This document shows positions 9,734-21,000 of a stretch of 64,000 bases of DNA, piece by piece (positions within the stretch are counted from its first letter, which is position 1; every line of letters begins with the position of its first letter). The notes below the pieces were generated by a model. The model was not told the DNA's origin, searched no databases, and saw only the letters and a program-made list of their open reading frames with translations. The DNA is from an uncultured Rhodospirillaceae bacterium (GTDB taxonomy: Bacteria; Pseudomonadota; Alphaproteobacteria; Dongiales; Dongiaceae): contig CAYQAG010000002.1 in NCBI GenBank assembly GCA_964415425.1, positions 32,177 through 96,176 of the forward strand, given 5' to 3'. Made by a program: the position numbers and the translations under genes.

Positions 9734-10201
9734 TCAATCCAGCGCCTTGGCGGCGGCGAGCACTTCGGTCGCATGGCCCGGCACCTTCACCTTGCGCCAG
9801 ATGCCGCGCAAGATTCCCTTGCCGTCGATCAGGAAGGTCGCGCGTTCGATGCCCATATATTTGCGGCCATACATGCTTTTCTCGACCCAGACGCCATAGG
9901 CTTCGGTGACCTTGCCGGTTTCGTCGGCGCCGAGCGGAAAATTGAGATCGTATTTCTTCTTGAATTTGTCGTGGCTCGCCACCGAATCGCGCGAAACGCC
10001 GATCACCGCCGCCTTCGCCTTGCGGAAATCGGGTGCGGCATCGCGAAAGGCGCAGGCTTCCGCCGTGCAGCCGCTGGTATCGTCCTTGGGGTAAAAATAG
10101 AGGATGAGAGGCCGCCCCTTAAAATCGCCGAGGCCGATCTTGCCGCCGCCATCGGTCGCCAGCGAGAAATTCGGTGCCTTGTCGCCGATCTTCAAACTCA
10201 T
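9734..10201 (-). CDS. bcp: Peroxiredoxin Bcp
   Basis: GDKAPNFSL, YFYPKDDTSGCTAEAC, KSMYGRKYMGIERATFLID. Confidence 0.93.
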   Translation of the reverse strand: MSLKIGDKAPNFSLATDGGGKIGLGDFKGRPLILYFYPKDDTSGCTAEACAFRDAAPDFRKAKAAVIGVSRDSVASHDKFKKKYDLNFPLGADETGKVTEAYGVWVEKSMYGRKYMGIERATFLIDGKGILRGIWRKVKVPGHATEVLAAAKALD

Positions 10202-10227
10202 CGTCTTCTCCCTATCGCGGCTTTCCA

Positions 10228-13176
10228 TCATGTCGCCGAGATTAGCCGAGCGAAGGCGGCGGCGACAAGGCCGGCGCATCTTTCGATTTCGCTTTTGAGC
10301 GCGGCGAAATCGGCGCAGCCGGCGCTTTCGGCGAGCTTGCGGCGGATTTGCGGGCGCAATTCCGCTTCGACGATCGCGCCGCCGATGGCAAGGCGCGAGA
10401 TTTGCAGCAATCGCCGCCAGAGGCGAAGGGCGGCGCGCAAATCCTCGGCGGTTTCGCGGTCGAGCAATCCAGTCGCCTGGGCGGCGGCAAGGATGGCGCC
10501 CGGTTCGCCGGCCGCAAGCTCGGGATGCGCCCAACCATGGCAGAGCAGAAGATATTGCGCGATGAAGTCGAGATCGACCATGCCGCCCGGGCGATATTTG
10601 ATATCCCAGAAATCCTCGCCGCGGTGCTGGCTGCGGATACGTTCGCGCATGTCGCGGCAATCTTGCGCGAGTTTCGTAGGTTCGCGCTCCATCGTCAGCA
10701 ATCCGTCGATCTTGCTTCGGATTTCGGCGGCGAAATCGGCATCGCCGCAAATGACGCGCGCGCGCGTCAGCGCCATATGCTCCCAGGTCCAGGCTTCATT
10801 CCGCTGATAGCGCAGGAAGGGATCGAGGCCGGAGGCGATCGGCCCCGAATTGCCGCTAGGGCGCAGGCGCATATCGACTTCGAAGAGTGTGCCTTCGCCG
10901 GTGCGGGCGGCAATGGCGGCGATGATGCGCTGCGCGAGGCGCGCGAAATACTGGATCGGCGCCAAGGGCTTGGCGCCGTCCGAGGCGATTTTTTCCCAAT
11001 CGGCGCGATCGGCGGGAATATCGTAAATGAAGATGAGATCGAGATCGGAGGTGATCGTCATTTCCCGGCTGCCGAGTTTGCCGAGCGCGATGACGGCGAG
11101 ATCGCGCCCCGGCAGACGGCCATGCTGGGCCTGGAATTCGGCGCGGACACGCGGGGAAAGCGCGCCGATGGCAAGATCGGCGATATCGGCGAGAATCGGA
11201 CCGGCCGCATCGCCGTCGAGCGCGCCGCGCAGAAGCGCGACGCCGATTTGAAAGAAGCGATCCTTGGTCCAGCGGCGAATGAGGTCGAGCGCATCCTGAT
11301 AATCGGCGGCGAGCGTCAGATTGGCATCGAGATCGGCGGCGAGCCTAGCGCGGTCGGGCAGGCGGGATTCGTTTCCGGCGGCCAATAGGCCGTCCAGCAA
11401 AGCCGGCGAACGGGCGAGATTGTCGGCGAGCAACGGCGCCGTTCCCATGATCTCGGCGATGAGACCGAGGAGATCGGGATTGGCTTGAAGCAGCGAGAAC
11501 ACCTGAACGCCGGCCGGCAGCGCCTGCAGGAAGGCATCGAAACGGCGAAAGGCGGTATCGGGATCGGCGCTGGCGGCGAGGGCGGCAAGCAAGCGGGGCA
11601 TCAATTCGGTGAGGATTTCGCGCGCGCGCGCGCTGCGCGTCGCCCGATAGCGGCCGTGATGCCAAGCCCGGACGGCGCCCGCGACGGCGGAAGGATCGGG
11701 AAAGCCCATCGCCGCCAGATTGCGGATCGTATCGGGATCGTCCTCGGTGCCGGTGAAGACCAGGGACCCTTCGGCATTGCCGAGCGAAGGCGATTCCTCG
11801 AACAATTCGGCATAGCGATCCTCGACCTTGCCGAGATGCTCGCGCAAGGAACCGGAAAAATCCGCTATGCCGCGATGGCCGCAGAAAATGGCGAGCCTTT
11901 CGAGCGCGCCGCTATCTTCGGGCAGCGTCTGGGTCTGATGGTCGTCGATCATCTGCAGGCGATGCTCGACATGACGAAGATAGCGATAGGCGGCGATTAA
12001 GTCTTCGGCGATTTCCGGGCGGCATTGGCCATGCGCGGCCAAAGCGGCGATGGCGGGGAGCGTGCCGCGTTGGCGCAAGCCCGGCCGCCTCCCGCCCCAG
12101 ATCAATTGCTGGGTCTGCGCGAAGAATTCGATTTCGCGAATGCCGCCGCGACCGAGCTTGATATTGTGTCCCGCTACCGCGATCTGGCGATGGCCCTTGA
12201 CCGCATGAATCTGCCGCTTGATGGAATGGATGTCGGCGATGGCGGCGAAGTCGAGATGCTTGCGCCAGATGAAGGGCCGCAGCCGATCGAGGAAACGCTG
12301 ACCGGCCGCCTTGTCGCCCGCGACCGCCCGCGCCTTGATCATGGCGGCGCGTTCCCAATTCTGCCCCATGCCTTCGTAATAGGCTTCGGCGGCCAAAGTC
12401 GATAAAGCGAGCGGCGTCGATCCGGGGTCGGGCCGCAGGCGGAGATCGACGCGAAAGACATAGCCGTCGGCGGTCGCTTCCTGCAGCAGGCGAACGAGAT
12501 CGCGCGCGAGGCGCACGCAGCATTCCTGGAGCGAGCGGCGACCGCGATAGACGATTCGGTCGCGATCGTAGAGGATGATGAGATCGATATCGCTGGAATA
12601 ATTCAATTCCCGGGCGCCCAGCTTGCCGAGGCCGAGTACGATGAGGCCGCTATCCGCTGTCGGCGATGCGGGGTCGGGGAGGTCGATCTCGCCCGCTTGG
12701 CGCCGTTGATCGAGAAGATAGGCCAAGGCCGTTTCCAAGGCGGTATCGGCGAGATCGCTCAAGGCCCCAGTCACAGTTTCGAGCGGCCACCACCCGGCGA
12801 GATCGGCCATGGCGATCAGCAAGGCGGCGCGGCGGCGGGCGCGGCGCAAATCGCGCATGAGATCGGCCTCGCTCGCGCAACTTTGATGAGCGCGGCGGAG
12901 ATCAGCCAGGAGATTGGCGAAGACAGAATCGGCGCCATCGGCTAAAACTTGGTCGAAGAAAGCGCCTTCCGCGGCAAGGATATGGGCAAGGAAGGGCGAA
13001 TTGCCGCAAAGGGCGGCGATCAGCTGGGGCGGACCGGGTTCGGCCAGCCTCGCTGCGGCTGCACCTTGGGCGGTCGCGGCATAGCGCGTAAGCCCGATGG
13101 CCGCGGCCTTGGCATCGGCAGCCTCGGGCAGGCGTTCGGGATCGAGTCGAGGAGGGATGGCGACCATGTCGGGCAA
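10228..13176 (-). CDS. glnE: Bifunctional glutamine synthetase adenylyltransferase/adenylyl-removing enzyme
   Basis: Two nucleotidyltransferase domains (LGKLGARELNYSSDIDLI; LGKLGSREMTITSDLDLI), VDLRLRP, WERAAMIKAR, NIKLGRGGIREIEF. Confidence 0.95.
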   Translation of the reverse strand: MPDMVAIPPRLDPERLPEAADAKAAAIGLTRYAATAQGAAAARLAEPGPPQLIAALCGNSPFLAHILAAEGAFFDQVLADGADSVFANLLADLRRAHQSCASEADLMRDLRRARRRAALLIAMADLAGWWPLETVTGALSDLADTALETALAYLLDQRRQAGEIDLPDPASPTADSGLIVLGLGKLGARELNYSSDIDLIILYDRDRIVYRGRRSLQECCVRLARDLVRLLQEATADGYVFRVDLRLRPDPGSTPLALSTLAAEAYYEGMGQNWERAAMIKARAVAGDKAAGQRFLDRLRPFIWRKHLDFAAIADIHSIKRQIHAVKGHRQIAVAGHNIKLGRGGIREIEFFAQTQQLIWGGRRPGLRQRGTLPAIAALAAHGQCRPEIAEDLIAAYRYLRHVEHRLQMIDDHQTQTLPEDSGALERLAIFCGHRGIADFSGSLREHLGKVEDRYAELFEESPSLGNAEGSLVFTGTEDDPDTIRNLAAMGFPDPSAVAGAVRAWHHGRYRATRSARAREILTELMPRLLAALAASADPDTAFRRFDAFLQALPAGVQVFSLLQANPDLLGLIAEIMGTAPLLADNLARSPALLDGLLAAGNESRLPDRARLAADLDANLTLAADYQDALDLIRRWTKDRFFQIGVALLRGALDGDAAGPILADIADLAIGALSPRVRAEFQAQHGRLPGRDLAVIALGKLGSREMTITSDLDLIFIYDIPADRADWEKIASDGAKPLAPIQYFARLAQRIIAAIAARTGEGTLFEVDMRLRPSGNSGPIASGLDPFLRYQRNEAWTWEHMALTRARVICGDADFAAEIRSKIDGLLTMEREPTKLAQDCRDMRERIRSQHRGEDFWDIKYRPGGMVDLDFIAQYLLLCHGWAHPELAAGEPGAILAAAQATGLLDRETAEDLRAALRLWRRLLQISRLAIGGAIVEAELRPQIRRKLAESAGCADFAALKSEIERCAGLVAAAFARLISAT

Positions 13177-13221
13177 GAGTGCTGAAGCCGATCCTCGCGG
13201 TCAAGCCGGCGGTCTCTAGAC

Positions 13222-16200
13222 GTGCGACTGCGCCGGATCCTTCGAATTGGGCTCGAAATTCTCGGCGCTTGTCTGGCCGGGCTTGCGATCCTGTTCGCGA
13301 TTCTGGCCTATCGCCTGACGCATGAGGGGCCGATCCATCTCGCCTTTCTGTCGCCCTATATCGAAAACGCTTTCAATGAGGCCGATCAGCCTTATCGGAT
13401 CGCCATCGAGGATACGGTTCTGACCTGGGGCGGTTGGGATCATGCCTTGGAGGTGCGGGCGGTTCGCCTCCATATCCAGGATCGCGGCGGCCGGGAATTG
13501 GCGATTCTGCCCGAAGTCGGTTTCGCGTTCAGCGGTCGCGCCTTGATGCGCGGTCTGATCGCGCCGGTCCGAATCGATATTCTGGCGCCGCATCTCAGGA
13601 TCGAGCGCCAGGTCGATGGCCGCCTTGCCTTCGGTGCCACCGTTCTCGAAGCCGGCAATGACGCGGGATCGCAGGGCGATCAGGCGCTCATGGCCATGAT
13701 CGGCGATCTTTTGCAGCCGCCCGATCCGCAAAAACCGACCGGCTATCTGGAAAGCGTTGCTTTGCGCCAGGGCCGCCTCGACATCACCGATGCGATCACC
13801 GGCCGCGATTGGCAGGCGCAGGATTTCCTGGTCGTTCTGCGGCGCGGCGCGAGTGGCCCCGAAGGCGAATTGACGGCCAGCCTGCCGCAATTCGGGGCGA
13901 CAATCGCGCCGGCGCAATTCGCCGCGCAAATGGCGATCGATACCGAAGCCGGAATCGTGGCGCTCGATGGCCGCATCACCGGCTTCGATCTTTCTCGATT
14001 GCCTGTGTTGGAACCGGTCTTGGCCGATCTTGCCGGCTTTCGTATCGCCGTCGAAGCGAATGTGAAGACGCGCATCGCTTTCGACGGTTCGGTCGGGCCG
14101 ATCGCTTTTTCGCTGATTGGCGGCGCGGGCGAGATCGAACTGGCCGATTGGTTGGAAGAACCGCTGGCGGTGAAATCGGCGGCGATATCGGGCCTGCTCG
14201 ATCGTTCGCTCGATCTTATCCGCCTCGATCGTTTCGATCTCGATCTCGGCGGGCCGCGGATCGGGCTGACCGGCGTTTGGGACGGCGCCTTTACCGGCAA
14301 GGCCGCCGATGGCGGTATCGCCCATCTCGATGCGCGAATGTCGCTGCGCGATCTTCCGGTCGATCGCTTGGCGAAAATCTGGCCGCGCCAGATCGCCGTC
14401 GATGCGCGCGCCTGGGTCGTGCCCAATATCACGGCGGGGATGGTCAGCGCCGCCGATCTCGAACTGGAGCTGGCCTTGCCGGGGGATTTTGCCGCGGTTG
14501 AATTGCGCCGCCTTTCGGGCACGCTGGCGACCGAGGGGTTGACCGTCCATTACCTGCGGCCCTTGCCGCCGATCACCGACGGCATTGCCACGGGTCGCTT
14601 CGATGCCAAAAGTTTCGAGGCGGATATCGCCTCCGGCGCGGTCGGCGAAATCGCCGTGACCGGCGGTCATCTCGCCATCACCGGCCTCGATCGCAAGGAT
14701 CAGACGATCAGCGTCAAGGGATCGGCGATGGCGCCGGCCGTGGCCGCGCTCACGCTGCTCGACCATCCGCGCCTCGATTACGTGAAGGGGCTCGGTATCG
14801 CTCCGCAAAACGCTTCGGGTCGGGTCGCGGCGGAAATCGGCTTCGACTTCCCGGCGGCCAAGGATCTCGATATCGACGACGTGAAGATTGCGGTCGCCGC
14901 CGATCTCGATCATGTCGGCTTGCGCAAAATCCGCTTCGGCCAGGATCTGACGGATTCCGATCTCCATCTTACTCTGGACAATGACGGCATGGATATCGCG
15001 GGTTCGGTCGTCTTCGCCGGCATGAATCTCGATTTCGCTTGGCGGCAGAATTTCGATCGCGATGCGCCGTTTGCCGAGAAACTGCATGTCGCGGGCTCGG
15101 CCGATGCCGCACAGCGCGCCGCTTTGGGTTTCGATCTCCGCCCCTGGCTCGATGGACCTTGCGCTTGCGATATCGCGGTCGTCAATTACGCCAATGGCCG
15201 CAGCGCCATCACGGGCAAGATGGACCTCGCGGCGGCGACAATCGATCTGCCTTTCATTCATTGGCGCAAGGAAGCGGGCGCCGCCGCAAGCGGCGATCTC
15301 GCGGTCGAGATGCTGGGTCAGCAAGTGACCGAGATTTCCCATTTCGCGCTGGCGGCTCCCGATCTCAAGGCCGAGGGGCGCGCCGGTTTCGATCCCGAAG
15401 GCCATATCGAAACCGTCGAATTGCCGGTGGCGCAATTCGGCCGTTCGGACCTTCTCGGCGTTGTTATCGGTCTTGGCGGCGGCAAGACCGAGGTCAAAAT
15501 TCGCGGCGGCAAGCTCGATGCCGAGCCCTGGCTCGCGGAGACGAAAGCGCCGAAAAGCGATGCCGAACTCGATGCCGAGGAAAAGACGCCGCAACGACCC
15601 TTCGCGATCGCGGGCTCGCTCGATCAGATTCGCATCGGCAAGGATCGCTGGCTCGCCAAGGTAAAACTCGATCTCGTCCACGATCCCCTATGGTGGGAGC
15701 TTATTGCGCTGCAAGCGCAATTGCCGAACGGCAAGGCGCTGACGCTCGATTATCGGCCGGGCGATGGCGGAACCCATGTCTTGAATTTCGCGGCGGAGGA
15801 TGGCGGCGAAGCCCTGCGGGTCTTCGATCTTTACGATGGCGTGAAGGGCGGGAAGCTGATTGCGACGGGAATCGTCAAGGATGACGAACCGCACCGGCCC
15901 TTGCGCGGGAAGATGGAGATGACGAGTTATCGCCTCCTTAATGCGCCCTTCTTCGCGCGGCTTTTCAGCCTCGCTTCGGTGACCGGCATCGTCGATCTGA
16001 TGACGGGCGAGGGCTTTCTATTCGGCGGCGCCAAGGCGAAATTCACGAAAACCCGCGGCCTCATCGAAATCAAGAAATTCCGCAGCGCCGGCCCCTCCAT
16101 CGGTTTCACCGCCAAGGGCAAGATCGACCTCGATCGGCAGAAGATCAACCTCAAGGGCACGATCACGCCGGCCTATTTGTTGAACGGACTCCTCAACGAC

Positions 16201-16431
16201 ATTCCCCTGCTCGGCGATATTTTCAGCGGCGGGGCGGGCGAGGGAATTTTTTCGATCACCTATGCCGCGACCGGCAATCTTGCCGAACCCAAGATATCGA
16301 CCAATCCGCTATCGGCGGTGACGCCCGGAATCTTGCGCGATCTTTTCAGCGATGACGGCGATGACGAGGATTCTTCGCCGACGACACCCCGACCGCAGAA
16401 TCCCAATCTGCAGCCGGGCGGGAAAGATTGA
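13222..16431 (+). CDS. YhdP/AsmA-like (DUF3971 + AsmA_2) bridge-like envelope protein
   Basis: N-terminal TM, then long beta-rich repeats; C-terminal GTITPAYLLNGLLNDIPLLG...YAATGNLAEPKISTNPLSAVTPGILRDLF. Confidence 0.8.
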   Translation: MRLRRILRIGLEILGACLAGLAILFAILAYRLTHEGPIHLAFLSPYIENAFNEADQPYRIAIEDTVLTWGGWDHALEVRAVRLHIQDRGGRELAILPEVGFAFSGRALMRGLIAPVRIDILAPHLRIERQVDGRLAFGATVLEAGNDAGSQGDQALMAMIGDLLQPPDPQKPTGYLESVALRQGRLDITDAITGRDWQAQDFLVVLRRGASGPEGELTASLPQFGATIAPAQFAAQMAIDTEAGIVALDGRITGFDLSRLPVLEPVLADLAGFRIAVEANVKTRIAFDGSVGPIAFSLIGGAGEIELADWLEEPLAVKSAAISGLLDRSLDLIRLDRFDLDLGGPRIGLTGVWDGAFTGKAADGGIAHLDARMSLRDLPVDRLAKIWPRQIAVDARAWVVPNITAGMVSAADLELELALPGDFAAVELRRLSGTLATEGLTVHYLRPLPPITDGIATGRFDAKSFEADIASGAVGEIAVTGGHLAITGLDRKDQTISVKGSAMAPAVAALTLLDHPRLDYVKGLGIAPQNASGRVAAEIGFDFPAAKDLDIDDVKIAVAADLDHVGLRKIRFGQDLTDSDLHLTLDNDGMDIAGSVVFAGMNLDFAWRQNFDRDAPFAEKLHVAGSADAAQRAALGFDLRPWLDGPCACDIAVVNYANGRSAITGKMDLAAATIDLPFIHWRKEAGAAASGDLAVEMLGQQVTEISHFALAAPDLKAEGRAGFDPEGHIETVELPVAQFGRSDLLGVVIGLGGGKTEVKIRGGKLDAEPWLAETKAPKSDAELDAEEKTPQRPFAIAGSLDQIRIGKDRWLAKVKLDLVHDPLWWELIALQAQLPNGKALTLDYRPGDGGTHVLNFAAEDGGEALRVFDLYDGVKGGKLIATGIVKDDEPHRPLRGKMEMTSYRLLNAPFFARLFSLASVTGIVDLMTGEGFLFGGAKAKFTKTRGLIEIKKFRSAGPSIGFTAKGKIDLDRQKINLKGTITPAYLLNGLLNDIPLLGDIFSGGAGEGIFSITYAATGNLAEPKISTNPLSAVTPGILRDLFSDDGDDEDSSPTTPRPQNPNLQPGGKD

Positions 16432-16445
16432 CGGCGCCTAAAGCT

Positions 16446-17243
16446 TCACGCCGCGCATTGCACGGCGCGGGAAGTCAATACCGAAATGAGGTGAGCGCGA
16501 TAGGCGGCCGAGCCGTGAAGATCGCTGACGAGAGAGGCGGGGGCGATGGCGACGGCCTTGGCGGCTTCGGGCGTGAAGTTCTTCGCGAGCGCGGCTTCAA
16601 GCGCGCTGGCGCGGAAAACGCCATTGGCGCCGGCGCCGGTCACGGCGATGGCGACGCCACTGCCGGTCTTCGCGAGAAAGACGCCCGTCAGCGCATAACG
16701 CGAAGCCGGTTGCGGGAATTTCATATAGGCGGCCTTTTCGGGCTTGGGCAGGCGAATGGCGAGGATGATCTCGTCGCCGCCGAGCGCTGTCGAGAATAGG
16801 CCCTTGAAAAAATCGGCGGCGGCGATTTCCCGCTTATTGGTCTTGATCGTGGCGCCGAGCGCCAGGATCGCCGCCGGATAATCGGCCGCCGGATCGTTAT
16901 TGGCGAGCGAACCGCCGATCGTGCCCTGATGGCGGACTTGGCGATCGCCGATCCCTTCGGCGAGATAGGCAAGGGCGGGGATCGTCGCCTTGACCTCGCG
17001 CGATTGCGCGACTTCGGCATGGGTCGTCATGGCACCGATGACGAGGGTTTGGCCCTCGCTCTTTATGCCCTTGAGCTCGGCGATGCCGGAAAGATCGATG
17101 ACGCTGGCGGGCGCCGCCAAGCGCTGCTTCAGGGTCGGGATCAGGGTCTGTCCGCCGGCCATGAGCTTGGCGTCCCCGGAAGCGGCCAGCAATTTCGCGG
17201 CTTCGGCCAGGGATTGCGGGCGGTGATAGGCGAAATCCTGCAT
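16446..17243 (-). CDS. coxM: Xanthine/CO dehydrogenase family FAD-binding (medium) subunit
   Basis: FAYHRP, LMAGGQTLIPTLKQRLA, IGDRQVRHQGTIGGSLANNDPAADYP, FPQPASRYAL. Confidence 0.88.
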   Translation of the reverse strand: MQDFAYHRPQSLAEAAKLLAASGDAKLMAGGQTLIPTLKQRLAAPASVIDLSGIAELKGIKSEGQTLVIGAMTTHAEVAQSREVKATIPALAYLAEGIGDRQVRHQGTIGGSLANNDPAADYPAAILALGATIKTNKREIAAADFFKGLFSTALGGDEIILAIRLPKPEKAAYMKFPQPASRYALTGVFLAKTGSGVAIAVTGAGANGVFRASALEAALAKNFTPEAAKAVAIAPASLVSDLHGSAAYRAHLISVLTSRAVQCAA

Positions 17244-17253
17244 GACGGCCTCC

Positions 17254-19629
17254 CTATTCGGCGGCTTTGGCGGGGGATGCGGCGCGGATCGCCGACCAGA
17301 TCTTGGCCGGCGTGGCGGGCATGGCGATATCGGTAACGCCGAGCGGCGCCAGAGCGTCGAGAACGGCATTGATGACGGCCGGCGGCGAACCGATGGCGCC
17401 CACTTCGCCCACGCCCTTGGCGCCTAAGGGGTTATGCGTGCATAGGGTCGCGTGATTGGCGACTTGGAAGTTCGGCAGATCGTCGGCGCGCGGCATGGTG
17501 TAATCCATGTAGGAGCCGGTCAGGAGCTGGCCCGTCTGGGGATCGTAGGCGGCGGCTTCGAGCAAAGCCTGACCGATTCCTTGCGCGACGCCGCCATGAA
17601 CCTGGCCTTCGACGATCATGGGATTGATGACCCGGCCGACATCGTCGACAGCGGTGAAGTTCACGACCTTGGCGGCGCCGGTTTCGGGATCGATCTCGAT
17701 CTCGCAGATATGGCAGCCGCCGGGATAGGTGAAATTCAGCGGATCGTAGAAAGCCGTTTCCTCAAGGCCGGGTTCGAGCTCGGTGATGGGGTAATTATGC
17801 GGCACATAGGCCGTCAGCGCGACTTGGCCGAAGGGAACGGATTTATCGGTGCCGGCAATGGTGAAATTGCCGTTCTTGAATTCGACATCGGCGACCGAGG
17901 CTTCCATCAGATGCGCGGCGATACGCTTCGCCTTGGCGACGATCTTATCCATCGCCTTGACGATGGCGGAACCGCCGACCGCCAGCGAGCGCGAACCATA
18001 GGTTCCCATGCCGAAGGGGATTTTGTTGGTATCGCCATGCACGACTTCGACGCTCTCGATCGGAATGCCGAGCCCGTCGCTGACCAATTGCGCGAAGGTC
18101 GTCTCATGGCCTTGGCCGTGGCTATGGGTGCCGGTGAAGACGGTCACCGAACCCGTCGGATGAACGCGGATCGAACCCGTTTCGTAGAGCCCGGCGCGGG
18201 CGCCAAGCGACCCGACCACGGCCGAAGGCGCGATGCCGCAGGCCTCGATATAAGTGGAAATGCCGATGCCGCGCAGCTTGCCGCGTCCCTTCGCCTCCGC
18301 ACGGCGCTTCTCGAATCCGGCCCAATCGGCCAGCTTCAAGGCCATGTCGAGGGTCGCCTGATAATCGCCGCTATCGTATTGGAGGGCGACCGGCGTCTGA
18401 TAGGGGAAGGCATTGGCGGGGATGAAATTCTTGCGGCGGATTTCGACGCGATCCATCTTCATCTCGCGCGCGGCCTTATCGACGAGGCGTTCGAGGAGAT
18501 AAGTCGCCTCCGGCCGGCCGGCGCCGCGATAGGCATCGACCGGAACGGTATTCGTGAAGACGGCCTTCACCTCGCAATAAATGGCGGGGGTGGTATAGAC
18601 CCCGGCCAGCAGGGTCGCATGAAGATAGGTCGGGATGCAGGGCGCGAAGGTCGATAGATAGGCGCCCATATTGGCGATCGTGCTGACCCTGAGCGCCAGG
18701 AATTTTCCGTCCTTATCCATGGCGAGTTCGGCATGGCTGACATGATCGCGGCCCTGCGCATCGGTCATGAAGCTTTCGCTGCGTTCCGCTGTCCATTTGA
18801 TCGGGCGCATGACCTTGCCCGCGGCCCAGGTGACCAGGGCTTCTTCGGCATAATGGAAAATCTTGGAGCCGAACCCGCCGCCGACATCGGGCGCCACCAC
18901 GCGCAGCTTGCTTTCGGGAATCTGCAGGACGAAGGCGCCCATCAGCAGACGGATGACATGGGGATTCTGGCTGGTCGTATAGAGCGTATAATCGCCGGTC
19001 GCCCGATCGTAATCGCCGATCGCCGCCCGGGGTTCCATGGCATTGGGAATGAGGCGCTGATTGACGAGATCGATCTTCGTGACGTGATGGGCCTTGGCGA
19101 AGGCGGCATCGACGGCATTGCGATCGCCCAATTCCCAATCGTAGCAGACATTGTTCTTCGCCTGCTCCCAGACCTGGGGCGCGCCGGGTTTGTCCGCGGC
19201 GGCGGTCGCGGCGATGGCGGGCAGGGGCTTATAGGTAACGGCGATGGCTTCGGCCGCATTCTTCGCCTGGGCATAGGTTTCGGCGATGACGATCGCGACC
19301 TGATCGCCGACATGGCGGGCGCGCTCCTTGACGAGCGGCATATGCGGCGGCTCGACCATGGGCGAGCCGTCCTTGCTTTTCACCAGCCAGCCGCAAGGCA
19401 CGCCGCCCTTGTCGTAATCGGCGCCGGTGAAGATGGCGACGATTCCCGGCATGGCCTTCGCGGCCTTGGTATCGATCTTGACGATCTCGGCATGGGCATG
19501 GGGCGAGCGCAGGATATAGGCGTGAGTTTGGCCCGGACGATTGATGTCGTCGGTATAGGTGCCGCGTCCGGTGAGGAAACGGAAATCTTCCTTGCGCTTG
19601 ACGGCGGCGCCGATTCCGGTGGCGGTCAT
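17254..19629 (-). CDS. coxL: Molybdopterin-binding large subunit, form II CoxL-like
   Basis: [22 protein letters not shown], active-site loop AYRGAGRPE (form II, not the AYxCSFR of form I), KGVGEVG. Confidence 0.88.
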   Translation of the reverse strand: MTATGIGAAVKRKEDFRFLTGRGTYTDDINRPGQTHAYILRSPHAHAEIVKIDTKAAKAMPGIVAIFTGADYDKGGVPCGWLVKSKDGSPMVEPPHMPLVKERARHVGDQVAIVIAETYAQAKNAAEAIAVTYKPLPAIAATAAADKPGAPQVWEQAKNNVCYDWELGDRNAVDAAFAKAHHVTKIDLVNQRLIPNAMEPRAAIGDYDRATGDYTLYTTSQNPHVIRLLMGAFVLQIPESKLRVVAPDVGGGFGSKIFHYAEEALVTWAAGKVMRPIKWTAERSESFMTDAQGRDHVSHAELAMDKDGKFLALRVSTIANMGAYLSTFAPCIPTYLHATLLAGVYTTPAIYCEVKAVFTNTVPVDAYRGAGRPEATYLLERLVDKAAREMKMDRVEIRRKNFIPANAFPYQTPVALQYDSGDYQATLDMALKLADWAGFEKRRAEAKGRGKLRGIGISTYIEACGIAPSAVVGSLGARAGLYETGSIRVHPTGSVTVFTGTHSHGQGHETTFAQLVSDGLGIPIESVEVVHGDTNKIPFGMGTYGSRSLAVGGSAIVKAMDKIVAKAKRIAAHLMEASVADVEFKNGNFTIAGTDKSVPFGQVALTAYVPHNYPITELEPGLEETAFYDPLNFTYPGGCHICEIEIDPETGAAKVVNFTAVDDVGRVINPMIVEGQVHGGVAQGIGQALLEAAAYDPQTGQLLTGSYMDYTMPRADDLPNFQVANHATLCTHNPLGAKGVGEVGAIGSPPAVINAVLDALAPLGVTDIAMPATPAKIWSAIRAASPAKAAE

Positions 19630-19659
19630 GGCTGATCCTCCCTCTTCGCTCGAATGCGA

Positions 19660-20130
19660 TTACTTGCCGCGCATGGCGGCGGCGCCGGCCTTCACGGCCT
19701 TGACGATATTGTGATAGCCCGTGCAGCGGCAGATATTGCCTTCGAGGCCCTCGCGGATTTCCGCCTCGCCGATATCGGGCTTGCCGGCGACGAGATCGAC
19801 GGCGCTCATCACCATGCCGGGCGTGCAGAAGCCGCATTGCAATCCGTGATGCTCGCGGAATGCCGCTTGCATCGGGTGCAGCGTATCGCCATCGGCCAAG
19901 CCTTCGATGGTCGTGACCTTCGCGCCATTCGCCTGCACGGCCAGCAAAGTGCAGGATTTCACCGATTTGCCGTTCACATGAACGACGCAGGCGCCGCATT
20001 GGCTGGTATCGCAGCCGATATGGGTTCCGGTCAGGCTAAGCTGCTCGCGCAGGAATTGGACGAGCAGGCAATTCGCCGCGACTTCGGCGGAAACGGCTTT
20101 CCCGTTCACGTTCATGCTGACGTGGGGCAT
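19660..20130 (-). CDS. coxS: [2Fe-2S] small subunit
   Basis: [10 protein letters not shown]...SC and [12 protein letters not shown]...GNICRCTGY. Confidence 0.92.
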   Translation of the reverse strand: MPHVSMNVNGKAVSAEVAANCLLVQFLREQLSLTGTHIGCDTSQCGACVVHVNGKSVKSCTLLAVQANGAKVTTIEGLADGDTLHPMQAAFREHHGLQCGFCTPGMVMSAVDLVAGKPDIGEAEIREGLEGNICRCTGYHNIVKAVKAGAAAMRGK

Positions 20131-20249
20131 TTCATCCTCCCTGATGGCGAAGGCCGAAGCCCTCGCGAGCGCTGGTTGTCCAGTCTGATTGAGAGCAAGT
20201 AAAGGAGGGCGCGGGCAGGGCTGTCAAGGCAGGATCGCGAAGGCCGGCG

Positions 20250-20897
20250 TCATTTTCCGGCAAACACCCAAAGCGAAAGCGCGACAAGGAGAGCAAGTCC
20301 GCCGATCCATGCCCAGGTCGGCAAGGAAGCCGATGGCCGCGAATCCGGGGAATCCTTCGCTGCCGGAGCCGCCGGCGCGACATTCGCCGCATCGTCCAGG
20401 GCGGTGGGCGCGGTCGTTTCGGCGCTCGGTATCGACGCGGAATTGCCGTCGGATTTCTCCGCCAGGGCCGCCGCGAAGGCAGCGAAAAATTCGTCCGCCA
20501 GTTTTCGCGCCGCCCCGTCGATCAGGCGCTGGCCGATCTGAGCGAGTTTGCCGCCGATTTCGCCATTCGCTTCGTAATTCAGTATCGTGCCGCCGGCGTC
20601 GTCTTCGGCGAGGCGGACTTTGGCGCCGCCCTTGGCGAAGCCGGCCATGCCGCCGCTCCCTTCGCCGGAAATGGTATAGCCGTGAGGCGGGTCGAGATCG
20701 CTAAGCTCGACCCGGCCGCCGAATCGCGCCTTCACCGGGCCGATCCCGACCATCAGCCGCGCCACGAAAACGGTCGGAGATTCGCGGGTCAATTCCTCGC
20801 AGCCCGGGATACTCAGCCGCAGGATGGCGGGATCGTTCAGGGCCGCCCAAACGGTTTCGCGGTTCTGCCGCAGGCGGTATTCGCCGGTCAGGATCAT
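20250..20897 (-). CDS. coxG: CoxG / SRPBCC family protein with C-terminal membrane anchor
   Basis: VWAALNDPAIL..SIPGCE, VGIGPVKARF.G, GGMAGFAKG.A, GGKLAQIGQRLIDGAA; hydrophobic tail WAWIGGLALLVALSLWVF. Confidence 0.85.
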   Translation of the reverse strand: MILTGEYRLRQNRETVWAALNDPAILRLSIPGCEELTRESPTVFVARLMVGIGPVKARFGGRVELSDLDPPHGYTISGEGSGGMAGFAKGGAKVRLAEDDAGGTILNYEANGEIGGKLAQIGQRLIDGAARKLADEFFAAFAAALAEKSDGNSASIPSAETTAPTALDDAANVAPAAPAAKDSPDSRPSASLPTWAWIGGLALLVALSLWVFAGK

Positions 20898-21000
20898 GAT
20901 GGGCGCTCCCCTCGGGATCGTCCTCGCATGGGACAATCTCCCCGCTCGCTTGTCAATCGCTTCGGCTTGACGCCGGCAAGGCGAGAGGGGAGATTGGGAT

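Noticed and set aside
13216-15681. 821-aa minus-strand ORF and many other long overlapping ORFs in GC-rich genes
   Set aside because: Antisense or alternate-frame shadows of well-supported genes, with Arg/Ala/Pro-rich low-information sequence and no family motifs.
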